A program made the position numbers and the translations under genes. DNA of 64,000 bases from Clostridia bacterium. Its GTDB lineage: Bacteria; Bacillota; Clostridia; Christensenellales; DUVY01. The DNA lies in the NCBI GenBank assembly GCA_036562755.1, contig DATCJN010000026.1, positions 3,339 to 67,338 on the forward strand, in the 5' to 3' direction. How positions within the stretch are numbered: position 1 is the first letter of the stretch; each line of letters starts with the position of its first letter. This document shows, in pieces, positions 47,577-56,089 of the stretch. A model generated the notes under the pieces. It was not told where the DNA came from. It did no database searches and worked only from the letters and a program-made list of their open reading frames with translations.

Positions 47577-48905
47577 TTAGCAATGGTCGCAGTGCTTTTT
47601 GTGTTCCTTAGGCTCAATTTCGACAAATTCGTTGTTGTCTTTTAAGAAAGCTTGGAACTTTTTCATAGTAATGTCGTTATAGGTGTAATTGTATTGCTGT
47701 TCGCTCATATTGGACATGTATTCGTCCACGGTCTTTTTGGCTCTTTCGGCGTATTCGGAGAACTTTTCCTTTAACTCTTCTTCGGTAGCACCTAGGTTTT
47801 CTTTCTTGATAATTTCTTCGATAGTCCAACGCATCTTTACGGTCTTTTGAGCGTCAGCTTTTCTGCTTTGTCTAAATTCCGCTTCGTCGGAATTTATATA
47901 TTTAAAGTATTGCTCCAGCGTCAAGCCCTGGTAAGACAACCTAAACTTCAAATCATCTAACATGCGGTCAAGCTCTTCCTCAACCATTACGTCGGGAATA
48001 TCCACTTCGGTAGCGTCTGTAATCATCTCAATGAGCTTGTTTTCTTTTTCCATGTCAGCTTGTCTTGTGCGCGCTTGAAGCAGTCTTTCCTTTATGGACG
48101 CTTTATACTCGTCCAAAGTTTCGTATTGGCTGGTGTCTTTTGCGAATTTGTCGTCCGCTTCGGGCAGTTCTTTGACAAAGATTTTGTGCAGCTTAATTTC
48201 AAACACCGCGTCTTTGCCTTTTAGATGATCTGCGCCGTAATCATCTGGAAATCTAACGTTTATATCCTTGGTCTCGCCGATTTTCATTCCGATGATTTGT
48301 TCTTCAAAGCCTTCGATAAAGGTATGGCTGCCGATGGTCAATTCGTAGTTTTGGGCGGTTCCGCCGTCAAACTTTTTGCCGTCAACCGAGCCCGAAAAAT
48401 CGATTACCACGATATCTCCGTTTTGAACTTCGCGGTCGGTTACTTCTACCTTTCTAGCGGCTTTTTCTCTTAGGTGGTATAATTCGTGGTCAACATCTTC
48501 GTCTGTTACTTCTACCTTTTCAACTTCGACTTTTACGCCTTTGTATTGTCCTAGTTTGATAGGGGGTTTAACTAAGACGGTTGCGATAACGCTCATGCTT
48601 CCGTCTTCGTTCATTTCGTCTATGCTGACGCTGGGCCTGTAAATAGGCTCAATATCGCGTTCTTTTACCAATATCTCGCTATATGATTTTGCGAAAATCT
48701 CGTTAAAGGAATCTTCAAAGAATATTGAAGGTCCGTAAGCGGCTTCCAAAGCCTTGCGGGGCGCTTTGCCCTTTCTGAAACCGGGCAAAGAATATTTATG
48801 TTTGTTCTTTTGATAAGTATGTTCTACCGCTTCTTCCCATTCTTGTTTGTCGATTTTTATGTTTAATTTAACTTCTTTCTCAGCTCTTTCTACTGTGTAT
48901 TGCAT
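47577..48905 (-). CDS. tig: Trigger factor
   Basis: The ribosome-binding N-domain motif GFRKGKAP and an FKBP-type PPIase middle domain. Gene order is tig-clpP-clpX. Confidence 0.95.
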   Translation of the reverse strand: MQYTVERAEKEVKLNIKIDKQEWEEAVEHTYQKNKHKYSLPGFRKGKAPRKALEAAYGPSIFFEDSFNEIFAKSYSEILVKERDIEPIYRPSVSIDEMNEDGSMSVIATVLVKPPIKLGQYKGVKVEVEKVEVTDEDVDHELYHLREKAARKVEVTDREVQNGDIVVIDFSGSVDGKKFDGGTAQNYELTIGSHTFIEGFEEQIIGMKIGETKDINVRFPDDYGADHLKGKDAVFEIKLHKIFVKELPEADDKFAKDTSQYETLDEYKASIKERLLQARTRQADMEKENKLIEMITDATEVDIPDVMVEEELDRMLDDLKFRLSYQGLTLEQYFKYINSDEAEFRQSRKADAQKTVKMRWTIEEIIKKENLGATEEELKEKFSEYAERAKKTVDEYMSNMSEQQYNYTYNDITMKKFQAFLKDNNEFVEIEPKEHKKHCDHC

Positions 48906-48939
48906 TTAGAAAATTTCTCCTATAAAATATTGTCAAGTT

Positions 48940-48968
48940 ATTATACCCAAACAGGTAATGTTTGTCAA
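48940..48968 (-). promoter_or_regulatory. Consensus sigma-A promoter of tig
   Basis: On the minus strand: TTGACA (48963-48968), exactly 17-nt spacer, TATAAT (48940-48945). It lies ~35 nt upstream of the tig ATG, with GGAGAA as RBS. Confidence 0.7.
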
Positions 48969-49074
48969 ATGCAACTATGGTTTCTAAATGAGTATTTGTC
49001 ACATTAAAAAATCGCTGTTTTTAATCAACGTTTTGGTGTATTATTATATTATTACTTAGACTTAGGGGTAACCG

Positions 49075-50778
49075 ATGCCTTTTGACGCTTTGACTTTGAC
49101 CGCCGTAAAAAACGAACTGCAAAAATCCTTAATCGACGCAAGAGTAGAAAAAATCTATATGCCCGCGTCCAATTTGCTGGTCTTTAACTTTCACGGCAAA
49201 GCGGGAAAGCAAAAGCTGTTAATCGCTTTGGACAACTACGCGCGCATACATCTAACCGACCAAAATTTTGACAATCCTCTCAACGCGCCGGCGTTTTGCA
49301 TGCATCTAAGAAAATATCTTAACGGCGCCAGGCTTACCGGTATTAGTCAGCCGCCTTTTGAGAGAATTTTGGAATTAAATTTCAGCGCGCTAAATGAGTT
49401 AAGGGATACGGTCAATTTCAAAGTCATAGCCGAAATAATGGGCAAGTACAGCAATGTAATCGCCGTCAACGAAAAAGGAATCATTACCGACTGTGTTAAA
49501 CATATACACCCCGATCTAAGCGCCAAAACTGAACATAAGAGAGCGCTTTTGCCCAATTTAGCTTATTCTTACCCTGAAACGCCCGATAAGATAACAATTG
49601 ACGACAAGGCAGAGTTTTTGAGGCGGTTGGACGAGTTTGAAGGCGGAGCGCTCAATAATTATATAATGGGTTTTTTAAAAGGCATAGCGCCCTCCGTTGT
49701 TTATTATTTGATTAAAGACATTACCCATCTTGACAGAATATCTAAAGAGAGCATTTATAACAGAATTTATGAATACTCTCAAAAAGTAATTAACAACGAT
49801 ATCTCGCCTTTGGTTACTTTAAAAGAGGGCGAACCCGATGACTTTTATCTTGTTCCCTTTGATTTTGGACTAAACACTCAAAATTTTGACAGCATTAATC
49901 GGGCAATCGACCATTGCATGAGCTATAAAACGAGCGTCAGCGCCTTTAAGGTAAAATACAACGAATTGCATCAAGTCCTAAAAAGCCTGCAATCCAAAGC
50001 CGAAAAAAAGCGTTTTACCGCCGAAGTTAAGTTAAGAGAGTCCGCCAAAGCGGAAACGTATAAGCTTTACGGCGAGCTGATTTTGAGCAACCTTCACAAC
50101 CTTAAGATAAAAGCTGACAAGGTCGAGTTATACAACTATTACGACGACACATATATAACCGTGCCTTTGGACATTCAACTAAACGCTCAAGCCAACGCCC
50201 AAAAATATTTTAAGAAATACAACAAAGAGAAAAAAGGCGCCCAAATAGCTCAAGAGCAAATAGACGAGCAAAACGAGTTTATAGATTATCTTGACACTGT
50301 TTTAGAAAGCCTAAGGCAATGCCAAGACCTAGAAGATTTAAAAGAAATCGAATTAGAGATGCGTCAAAGCGGTCTAATAAAAGACGCCCAAAAGCAAACC
50401 AAAACGGTTATCAGCCGTTATAGAGAATATGAAATAGACGGTTTTATAATAAAAGTCGGAAAAAATAACCTTCAAAACGAAAGGCTCTTCAGAGAAGCCA
50501 AGCCCGACGATGTCTGGCTGCACGCTAAAGACATACACGGCTCGCATACCGTTATCGCGACTAATAGACGCGAAGTCCCCGACGATGTTTTGGTAAAGGC
50601 CGCCGAAATTGCCGCGTATTATTCCAAAGCGCATATGTCTCAAAACGTGCCCGTGGATTATACATTAATTAAAAACATAAAAAAACCGCCCAAATCGGCT
50701 TTGGGCAGGGTAATTTATACTCAACAAAGAACATTATATGTAAATCCAAATAAGCGAGAAGAATATCAAAAAAATTAA
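49075..50778 (+). CDS. rqcH: NFACT-family ribosome quality-control protein RqcH (fibronectin-binding protein A-like)
   Basis: NFACT-N start MPFDALTLTAVKNEL..., a coiled-coil middle and the NFACT-R motif DVWLHAKDIHGSHTVI. Confidence 0.9.
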   Translation: MPFDALTLTAVKNELQKSLIDARVEKIYMPASNLLVFNFHGKAGKQKLLIALDNYARIHLTDQNFDNPLNAPAFCMHLRKYLNGARLTGISQPPFERILELNFSALNELRDTVNFKVIAEIMGKYSNVIAVNEKGIITDCVKHIHPDLSAKTEHKRALLPNLAYSYPETPDKITIDDKAEFLRRLDEFEGGALNNYIMGFLKGIAPSVVYYLIKDITHLDRISKESIYNRIYEYSQKVINNDISPLVTLKEGEPDDFYLVPFDFGLNTQNFDSINRAIDHCMSYKTSVSAFKVKYNELHQVLKSLQSKAEKKRFTAEVKLRESAKAETYKLYGELILSNLHNLKIKADKVELYNYYDDTYITVPLDIQLNAQANAQKYFKKYNKEKKGAQIAQEQIDEQNEFIDYLDTVLESLRQCQDLEDLKEIELEMRQSGLIKDAQKQTKTVISRYREYEIDGFIIKVGKNNLQNERLFREAKPDDVWLHAKDIHGSHTVIATNRREVPDDVLVKAAEIAAYYSKAHMSQNVPVDYTLIKNIKKPPKSALGRVIYTQQRTLYVNPNKREEYQKN

Positions 50779-52100
50779 CTTTGAAGTTTTGCTATTACCT
50801 CTTTTACCTTATCCGCAAGCCCTTGGGCAAGCGTTTGCGCCAGCTCTTCATCCTCGCATTCAATCATAATTCTGACTTTAGGCTCCGTGCCCGAAGCGCG
50901 GATAAGCAGTCTGCCTTTATTGGCAAGGGCTGAGCCTATTCTTTCTATTTCGGATTGCAGGCCCTCGTCCTTTAGAATTTCGTATTTTAAATCGGTTTTT
51001 ATATTAATATTGACTTGGGGGAAAGTCTCATAATCCGCCAGTTCCTGCACGGTCTTGCCCGTCTTTTTTAACACATTTACAAGTTGCAGCGCCGCCAAAA
51101 TGCCGTCGCCGGTGGGAGCGAAGTTTTGCAAGATTATATGACCGGATTGCTCGCCGCCCAAAACAAGCCCGCGCTTTTGCATCTCGCAAGCGACGAAGTG
51201 GTCGCCTACGTCCGCTCTTACGAGCTTAATCCCGAGTTTTTGGAGAGCCAATTCCATTCCCATATTGGTGTGGTGAGTGCCCACGACCATATTGCCGTTT
51301 AATTTTTTGTTTTCATGTAAATATTTGGCCAATAAATAAACCGCCAAGTCGCCGTCTATGAGTTTGCCCTCTTTGGTGGCGGCTATTACTCTGTCGGCGT
51401 CGCCGTCAAATGCAAAGCCTATATCGGCCTGGTGCTCCATAGTTTTTTTAATAATAAACTGTTCGTAAAGCGCGCCGCAATCCACATTTATATCGTGTCC
51501 GGTATTATTGCAATTGTAGCAATAGACCTCGGCGCCCAGCCTTTCAAAAATTTTGGGCGCGACTTCATATGCCGCCCCGTTGCTGCAATCCAGAACTATT
51601 TTGAGCCCTCTAAAATCGTCCTCAACGGTATTGATTAAAAATCGTATGTATTCTTCATGAGAAGACAGATCATGTTTTAGCGTTCCAAAAGTCTGGGAAT
51701 GATTAAAATTGTTTTCTTCAATAAATTTTTCTATAAAATCCCGCTCGGGCTCGCCTAATTTAGCGCCGCTATTGTCAAATATTTTGATGCCGTTATATTC
51801 GGCCGGGTTGTGAGAAGCGCTGATTACCACGCCGAAATCGGCCTTATAAAGAGTTGTTATGTATGAGACCGCGGGCGTCGTTAAAATACCCAAATCTATA
51901 ACATTTCCCCCGCCCGCCAATATTCCTGCGGTTATCGCGCTCTTTAGCATATCTTTAGAAACTCTGGTATCGGTGCCTAAAACTACTAAGGGCGAGCGCT
52001 TTAGCGCCGTCAAAGCGTTGCCCACTTTTGCCGACAATTCTAAGGTTAAATCTTTATTGGGGATTCCTCTAATTCCGTCCGTTCCAAAATATTGACTCAT
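50775..52100 (-). CDS. glmM: Phosphoglucosamine mutase
   Basis: YFGTDGIRG and the active-site loop SASHNPAEYNGIK. Confidence 0.95.
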   Translation of the reverse strand: MSQYFGTDGIRGIPNKDLTLELSAKVGNALTALKRSPLVVLGTDTRVSKDMLKSAITAGILAGGGNVIDLGILTTPAVSYITTLYKADFGVVISASHNPAEYNGIKIFDNSGAKLGEPERDFIEKFIEENNFNHSQTFGTLKHDLSSHEEYIRFLINTVEDDFRGLKIVLDCSNGAAYEVAPKIFERLGAEVYCYNCNNTGHDINVDCGALYEQFIIKKTMEHQADIGFAFDGDADRVIAATKEGKLIDGDLAVYLLAKYLHENKKLNGNMVVGTHHTNMGMELALQKLGIKLVRADVGDHFVACEMQKRGLVLGGEQSGHIILQNFAPTGDGILAALQLVNVLKKTGKTVQELADYETFPQVNINIKTDLKYEILKDEGLQSEIERIGSALANKGRLLIRASGTEPKVRIMIECEDEELAQTLAQGLADKVKEVIAKLQS

Positions 52101-52162
52101 GATTTTCCTTTAAGGTTTTTTTCGCTTATATATTATATGCCGTTAGTTTATTTAATGGTTTT

Positions 52163-52936
52163 TTACCACCAGGAAAACACATATTGGTTTAAGCAGCTTA
52201 CCAACGCCAGAACAATTAAATACAAAGAAAACCATTTATAATTACATTTTTGAATTAATCTAAGCATTAATTTAATCGCCAAAAAGCCGCTTAAGCCCGC
52301 CGCAATCATTCCGGCGATAACGCAAACAATGGGAACCGCGTTCCAATCCTGCACCTTGATTATCTCGAAAAATCCCGAGCCTAAAATTACAGGAATGCTC
52401 ATCAAAAAAGAAAACTTTGCCACGGTTTCCCTTTTTGCGCCCGCGTAAACTCCGCCGCTTATTGTCGCTCCGCTTCTAGAAATCCCGGGAACTATAGCTA
52501 CGGCTTGGGAAACGCCCATAATCAGGCTCACTTTTAAATCTAAGGGTTTGTTTCGAGGATATTTTTTTCCTATAAATTCCGTCGCCAAAAGCAACAGCGC
52601 GGTTATCAAAAATCCTATCCATAAAAACTGCCCGCCGAACAAAGCTTCTATCTGATCCGATAACAAGAGCATAACGATACCGGCCGGCAAGGTGGCTATA
52701 ATTAAACAGCCCATCGTCTTAAACGGAGGCTTAAACAAATCTATAATATCTCTAAAGAATACGGTAAAAACTGCGGCCAATGTGCCCACATGGAGCATTA
52801 CGTCAAAAAACAATAAATCGCCTTGAACGCCTAAAATGTTTTGAAATAATACCAAGTGACCGCTAGAGGATATCGGCAAAAATTCGGTCAAACCTTGAAC
52901 CAGCCCCAGCAGTATAGCTTCCCAAATGTTCATCAA
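52163..52936 (-). CDS. uppP: Undecaprenyl-diphosphate phosphatase
   Basis: GLTEFLPISSSGH and PGISRSGATI motifs. Confidence 0.95.
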   Translation of the reverse strand: MMNIWEAILLGLVQGLTEFLPISSSGHLVLFQNILGVQGDLLFFDVMLHVGTLAAVFTVFFRDIIDLFKPPFKTMGCLIIATLPAGIVMLLLSDQIEALFGGQFLWIGFLITALLLLATEFIGKKYPRNKPLDLKVSLIMGVSQAVAIVPGISRSGATISGGVYAGAKRETVAKFSFLMSIPVILGSGFFEIIKVQDWNAVPIVCVIAGMIAAGLSGFLAIKLMLRLIQKCNYKWFSLYLIVLALVSCLNQYVFSWW

Positions 52937-52970
52937 AAGTCCTTTGGTGATAGATTATTGCGGCGCTTTA

Positions 52971-53684
52971 TTAATGATTTTCGCCATATGAATAACTATA
53001 ATAATAATAGCGCCTACTGTTTTTCTTGGATTTATTCAGCACAACTCCCAATAAGTTGCCGTTGACATATTTTATTTCTTCGATCGCTTTAGAAACCTGT
53101 CTGTAATCAGATACGCCTTCTTCCACAACCATTACTACGCCGTCGCAGTTATTAGATAGTATCAAGGCGTCGCTGACAACGCCTACAGGCGGCGTATCAA
53201 TTATAATCCAATCGTATTCTCTTGTTAAGTTGGCGATTAAATTGGTCATCTCTGCGCTTAACAATAACTTAATAGGGTTAGGCGATTTTAGACCCGCGGT
53301 CATATACCATAGGTTATCCACATTAGCTTTTTTGATTGCGTCTTCGACTTTGACGTCATCGCAAAGCACGTGGGTAAGTCCTATTGAATTTTCGTCTTTA
53401 AACAATCTGTGTACGCAAGGCTTTCTTATATCGCAATCTATCAGCAACACTTTAAAGCCGCTTTGCGCCATCGCTATGGCTAAGTTAGCGCTGATCAACG
53501 TCTTGCCCATATTTTCGCTGACGCCGGTAATCAATACCGTTCTGGAAGTTTTTTGAGCAAAAGTAAATCTTAAGTTAACCGCGAAAACTCTAAAAGCTTC
53601 CGCAAACGAAAAGTTAACATCCTTGTCCGTAATTAAGGGATAATTTCCCTTTTTGCTGTTAGTCTTGTTCTTTTTATTAAACAT
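52971..53684 (-). CDS. CpsD/CapB-type bacterial tyrosine (BY) kinase
   Basis: Walker A-like GVSENMGKT, LLIDCDIRKP, IIIDTPP and the C-terminal tyrosine cluster RRYYYYSYSYG. Confidence 0.85.
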   Translation of the reverse strand: MFNKKNKTNSKKGNYPLITDKDVNFSFAEAFRVFAVNLRFTFAQKTSRTVLITGVSENMGKTLISANLAIAMAQSGFKVLLIDCDIRKPCVHRLFKDENSIGLTHVLCDDVKVEDAIKKANVDNLWYMTAGLKSPNPIKLLLSAEMTNLIANLTREYDWIIIDTPPVGVVSDALILSNNCDGVVMVVEEGVSDYRQVSKAIEEIKYVNGNLLGVVLNKSKKNSRRYYYYSYSYGENH

Positions 53685-53686
53685 AT

Positions 53687-54511
53687 TTAATTACCTTTCT
53701 TTAATTCGGAAACATCGGGTATAGAAGCGATAACAGGAACATCAAATTTCTCTCTGATGTCTTCTTCGCTTTTTATCTTGACATCGTAATAGTTAATTAT
53801 CAATATTACGCTAACCGCAAGTATCAAGCCGACCAGCGCGCCCAAAAACATATTGAGCGGTATATTGGGCCTTATGACATCTTTTTCTTCCGGAATGCTG
53901 GGATGGTCCAAAACGACGTATTCGGCTTTTATGGTAACATCGGCTGACGCGGGCTCGCTCATTGTCCTGACTTTTTTCATTGAAACATAATTATAGGACG
54001 CAAGCAAAACCATGCCAAATTCGGGATTTTTTACCACAACGGAAATGGTCAAAAAGCCTGTATCTTCATTGGAAAAATTAAATTCAACCTCTTTTTTTAG
54101 ACTCTTTTTGGTGTAACCCAATTCTTCAGCCCATTCGCCTACCGTTTTATAATCGGTTTCAACCGAAATATCTGCATCTTTTTGAGACTGAATGGCATCA
54201 TATGTCAAAAACAATTCTTCCAAATCTTGATTCCATATGTCTTCAAAAATATAATCCGCTTGGGTTATATGAGTCTTAAATTTTGAGACCAACTTATTAA
54301 ATGCCTGATCCTCTTTGTTGGATAAGCTGGCGCCCGGTTCGCTGCCTTCTATTATTTTGCTCAAATAAGATGTGGTTTTAATTTCATATTTATCGTCTAT
54401 TAGGAAAAACGAAAACAAGAACATTAGTAACGCGCCGGCTAACACAAAGGCCAAAATTATCTTCCATTTTTTTATGATAATAAAAAAATAATCTTTGAGA
54501 GAAAGTTCCAA
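53687..54511 (-). CDS. Wzz/CpsC-type chain-length determinant / BY-kinase transmembrane modulator
   Basis: Two TM helices flank a ~180-aa extracytoplasmic domain. The track start at 54550 is a TTG lying at or upstream of the predicted transcription start. The TTG at 54509-54511 sits 8 nt after AGAGG (54520-54524) and is more plausible. Confidence 0.75.
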   Translation of the reverse strand: MELSLKDYFFIIIKKWKIILAFVLAGALLMFLFSFFLIDDKYEIKTTSYLSKIIEGSEPGASLSNKEDQAFNKLVSKFKTHITQADYIFEDIWNQDLEELFLTYDAIQSQKDADISVETDYKTVGEWAEELGYTKKSLKKEVEFNFSNEDTGFLTISVVVKNPEFGMVLLASYNYVSMKKVRTMSEPASADVTIKAEYVVLDHPSIPEEKDVIRPNIPLNMFLGALVGLILAVSVILIINYYDVKIKSEEDIREKFDVPVIASIPDVSELKKGN

Positions 54512-54554
54512 AATAATAACCTCTAGTCTAATAATTTTGTCGAATAACAAGTTA

Positions 54555-54583
54555 ATTATAACAACTTGGAATAATTATTTCAA
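54555..54583 (-). promoter_or_regulatory. Putative sigma-A promoter (extended -10) of the Wzz/BY-kinase operon
   Basis: On the minus strand: TTGAAA (54578-54583), 17-nt spacer ending in TGT, TATAAT (54555-54560). Confidence 0.6.
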
Positions 54584-54698
54584 CATATATTCTTAGTGTT
54601 TTTTGAAAAACAATATTTTTAATGTTTCATGTCAAGAAAAACTATAAAAGAAATTTTTGTATAAATCTAAAATAAAGCTGTCTTTTTTGATACCAATA

Positions 54699-54707
54699 TG
54701 TTATAAT
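54699..54707 (+). promoter_or_regulatory. Putative extended -10 promoter element of the ligase-like/GT2 operon
   Basis: TGTTATAAT at 54699-54707, 24 nt upstream of the ATG at 54731. No good -35 element is visible. Confidence 0.45.
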
Positions 54708-54730
54708 TAAAAAAAATCTAGGTTTTTTAG

Positions 54731-56089
54731 ATGAAATTACACGAGTTGGCCGAAACCCAGTTTTCTAAAGTCGTTCGGAAATTCGCTTCTAGCGTATTTT
54801 TTCCCCTATTTATCGCTATAATTTGCTACATTTCTTGGGCCTTTTCGCTAATTTTCGTCGGTTTGGGAATAGCAACCGCTTTGTTTGTCATATTAATGGT
54901 GACTCAAAAAAATTCCATATACGCATATCCTATCTTTTTGTTAATCTTTTATATGTTCCCGGACTTTAAAAAATCCTATTATTTTACGGGCATTTATTTG
55001 GGAATTTGCGTAATAGCAGTTTTATACAATATTTTTGTTTATAAAGTAAAACTTAATAAAGGCGGATTGTTTTACCCCATTCTAGCCACTTTTTTTGCGG
55101 CCGCTGTGGGCGGAATTATTTATACGACCATTACATACGGATTTTTTAAATACATAAAAGACACCCTTTTTATTCTTTTATTGACAATTTCTTTCGGCGG
55201 CGGGTATTTGTTTTTAAATAACACGGTATCTACGCAGGAAGTTAATTATAAAAAATATATTTCCATTACATTTTGCTTTCTTTCGGTATTGCTTATAGCC
55301 CAAATGGTGACATATTACTGCAATGTTGAAGACGTTCTAAAAGCCATAGCTAACAAGACCTTGCGCATAGGCTGGGGCAATACCAACACTTTGGCGACCA
55401 TGCTAATGGTTACCATTCCTTTTATCTTATACCTTTCAACCCAATACCGCTACGGCGCTTTTTTAACCATATGGGCTTTTTTAGTTTACGGCGCCATATG
55501 GGTAACGGAATCCCGCGGCTGCATTCTTGTTTCCACGCCGTTATTGCTTTTTTATGTTATTTATCTAATCATAAAATCTAAAGGCCTCACAAGGAATTTA
55601 TTAATCGCCATTATGGCGGCTTTGATAATAGCCGCCGCGGCGATATGTATTATTTTTAGAGACTATTTATATCAAGTTTTTTCAAAAATGCTCCAAAAAG
55701 GCCTGGACGACAGCGGCAGAATTGAATTATATCAAGAAGCTTGGGAACTGTTCAAAAAGCACTTTATATTTGGCACGGGTTATTTTTATAAGACCGATCA
55801 AACCAAAAGCTTTATGTATATGTTCCACAGCACGCCTTTGCAGATAATGGCAAATTTAGGCGTGGTGGGCGTTATAGCTTTTGCTTATTTTTATTATCAT
55901 AAATATAAAATCTTATATAAAAACATCAAGAGTTCTTTCGGCATGGCAATAATTATGTCAATCTTGTCGCTGGAACTCTATGGATTAATAGACGTTTCTT
56001 TGGTAGTATATTTTATGGCAATTACCACTATTTTGCTGTTAATAATCGCTCAAAGAAATTCAAATGAAAAATTAGAGGGAAGAGAATGA
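54731..56089 (+). CDS. O-antigen ligase / Wzy_C-like polytopic membrane protein
   Basis: ~11 TM segments with a larger loop containing TESRG..., typical of the O-antigen ligase/polymerase family. Confidence 0.65.
   Translation: MKLHELAETQFSKVVRKFASSVFFPLFIAIICYISWAFSLIFVGLGIATALFVILMVTQKNSIYAYPIFLLIFYMFPDFKKSYYFTGIYLGICVIAVLYNIFVYKVKLNKGGLFYPILATFFAAAVGGIIYTTITYGFFKYIKDTLFILLLTISFGGGYLFLNNTVSTQEVNYKKYISITFCFLSVLLIAQMVTYYCNVEDVLKAIANKTLRIGWGNTNTLATMLMVTIPFILYLSTQYRYGAFLTIWAFLVYGAIWVTESRGCILVSTPLLLFYVIYLIIKSKGLTRNLLIAIMAALIIAAAAICIIFRDYLYQVFSKMLQKGLDDSGRIELYQEAWELFKKHFIFGTGYFYKTDQTKSFMYMFHSTPLQIMANLGVVGVIAFAYFYYHKYKILYKNIKSSFGMAIIMSILSLELYGLIDVSLVVYFMAITTILLLIIAQRNSNEKLEGRE

Noticed and set aside
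54552-54710. 12-bp inverted repeats flanking a 135-bp AT-rich segment between the EPS operons, considered as an invertible (phase-variable) promoter
   Set aside because: Each arm is itself an outward-facing TGnTATAAT promoter element, which fully explains the symmetry. The repeat is short and AT-rich, and no invertase or recombinase gene is nearby. I keep it only as a promoter observation. Read-level evidence of inversion would reopen the idea.
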